The notes below the pieces were generated by a model that had not been told where the DNA came from, did not search any database, and was given only the letters and a program-made list of their open reading frames with translations. Source: Felis catus (Eukaryota). From it: a DNA stretch of 64,000 bases. The translations under genes were made by a program, and so were the position numbers. The stretch's first letter is position 1. Each line of letters starts with the position of its first letter. The DNA is taken from the NCBI RefSeq assembly GCF_018350175.1, contig NC_058382.1, positions 54,314,001 through 54,378,000 on the forward strand. Reading direction: 5' to 3'. Below are positions 62,990 through 64,000 of the stretch, piece by piece.

Positions 62990-63500
62990 TTGAAGACTCA
63001 TAGGAAAGGAAGCACAGTGTTTTAATTTGGGAAAGAGGTAAGAGTAGGTGGTGGGCAGTGCCGCAATGGGAGGGGTGCTACAAAACTAGAAGATTGATCC
63101 GTGGAGGTCATAGGACATTGGATAGCAAATGCAGGTCAGTCATGGAGAGTCTTGGATGCCAAGCTAAGAGGTTTGCAATTTAGCAAGTCAGCAGTGGGAA
63201 ACTGATGAAGACTTGCAAATCCATCAAAAACATGTGGCAATCAAAAGGGTGCCTTAGAAGACAAATTCTAGAAGAAATATGAGAAATGGACTGCAGAGGT
63301 TGAGGTTAGAGGCAGGGAGACCAATTGCCGTGGTCCACGGTGGTGCCAACAGAAATGAAGAAAACTGGACTTGCAAGGAAGAACCTCACCAGCCACCAAC
63401 TTTCATTATGGTTATTCCACTTACTTCCATAAAGCATTTGATCCAAATCAACGGGACTTGATGACTAACAGGATGTGTGTGTACGTGTGTGTATGTGTTG
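62990..63500 (-). mobile_element. L2 remnant
   Basis: gagtcttggatgccaagctaagaggtttg...ttagaggcagggagaccaattg. Confidence 0.6.
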
Positions 63501-63945
63501 GGAGTTGGGGGAGGGGTCAGCAACTAAGGAAAGAAAGGATACAGAGATGACTAAGGTTTTAAACTGAGTGACTGACAGACCCATCCGTCATAACATTGTT
63601 CTATTTTGAGCTTGCCTCCAGACCATTGCTGGCCTCCAGAAAAGCCAGATGCTTCCTGAAGGATGAAGGGAAGGTTCCTCATCTTCTGTGGGAAGGTTGA
63701 CCCAACCAATGGAAAGTTCTGCTCCAGGTTCTTCAGATGACATGGACCCATTGTTGCTCATGGAGAATGGAAGACACCTACAATATTCCAAAAACTGGGA
63801 TAAGCTCTTCATGCTACTCATAACTCAGGGACAAGTGATAAAACTCAACGCAAACTGATTTAAAACAAAGAATTTATTGACTCACACAGATTACAAAAGG
63901 ATAGAATTGCTCTTGGGATTGGCTGGATTCAAGATCTCACAAGAT

Positions 63946-64000
63946 ATAACATAACATAACATAACATAACATAACATAACATAACATAACATAACATAAC
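63946..64000. repeat. (ATAAC)n pentanucleotide repeat, runs off the window
   Basis: 11 perfect copies to the window end. Confidence 0.95.

Overview
Felid (cat-like) genomic DNA, identified by about 32 carnivore tRNA-derived Can-SINEs including young feline-type copies. The only supportable gene is CDYL2 (chromodomain Y-like 2) on the minus strand. A CpG island (~59.7-61.3 kb) holds its promoter and exon 1, whose coding part is 24 nt (MASGDLYE, 60518-60495) followed by a GT donor. Everything to the left (1-60494) is intron 1; exon 2 is not in the window. The intron is filled with SINEs, L1 remnants, MIR/L2, DNA-transposon and LTR relics, and simple repeats. The other ORFs in the track look like repeat or GC-content artefacts. 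I found no convincing undescribed biological system. The best leads are regulatory or structural: a ~1.4 kb 30-bp minisatellite built from overlapping RUNX/KLF/E-box motifs with higher-order structure, a neighbouring RUNX motif cluster, complementary CCG/CGG tracts bracketing exon 1, a four-SINE nested stack, a strong SINE strand bias, and a SINE-free zone around the promoter. Repeat family names come from recalled consensus sequences, not a database search, and boundaries of old repeats are approximate.
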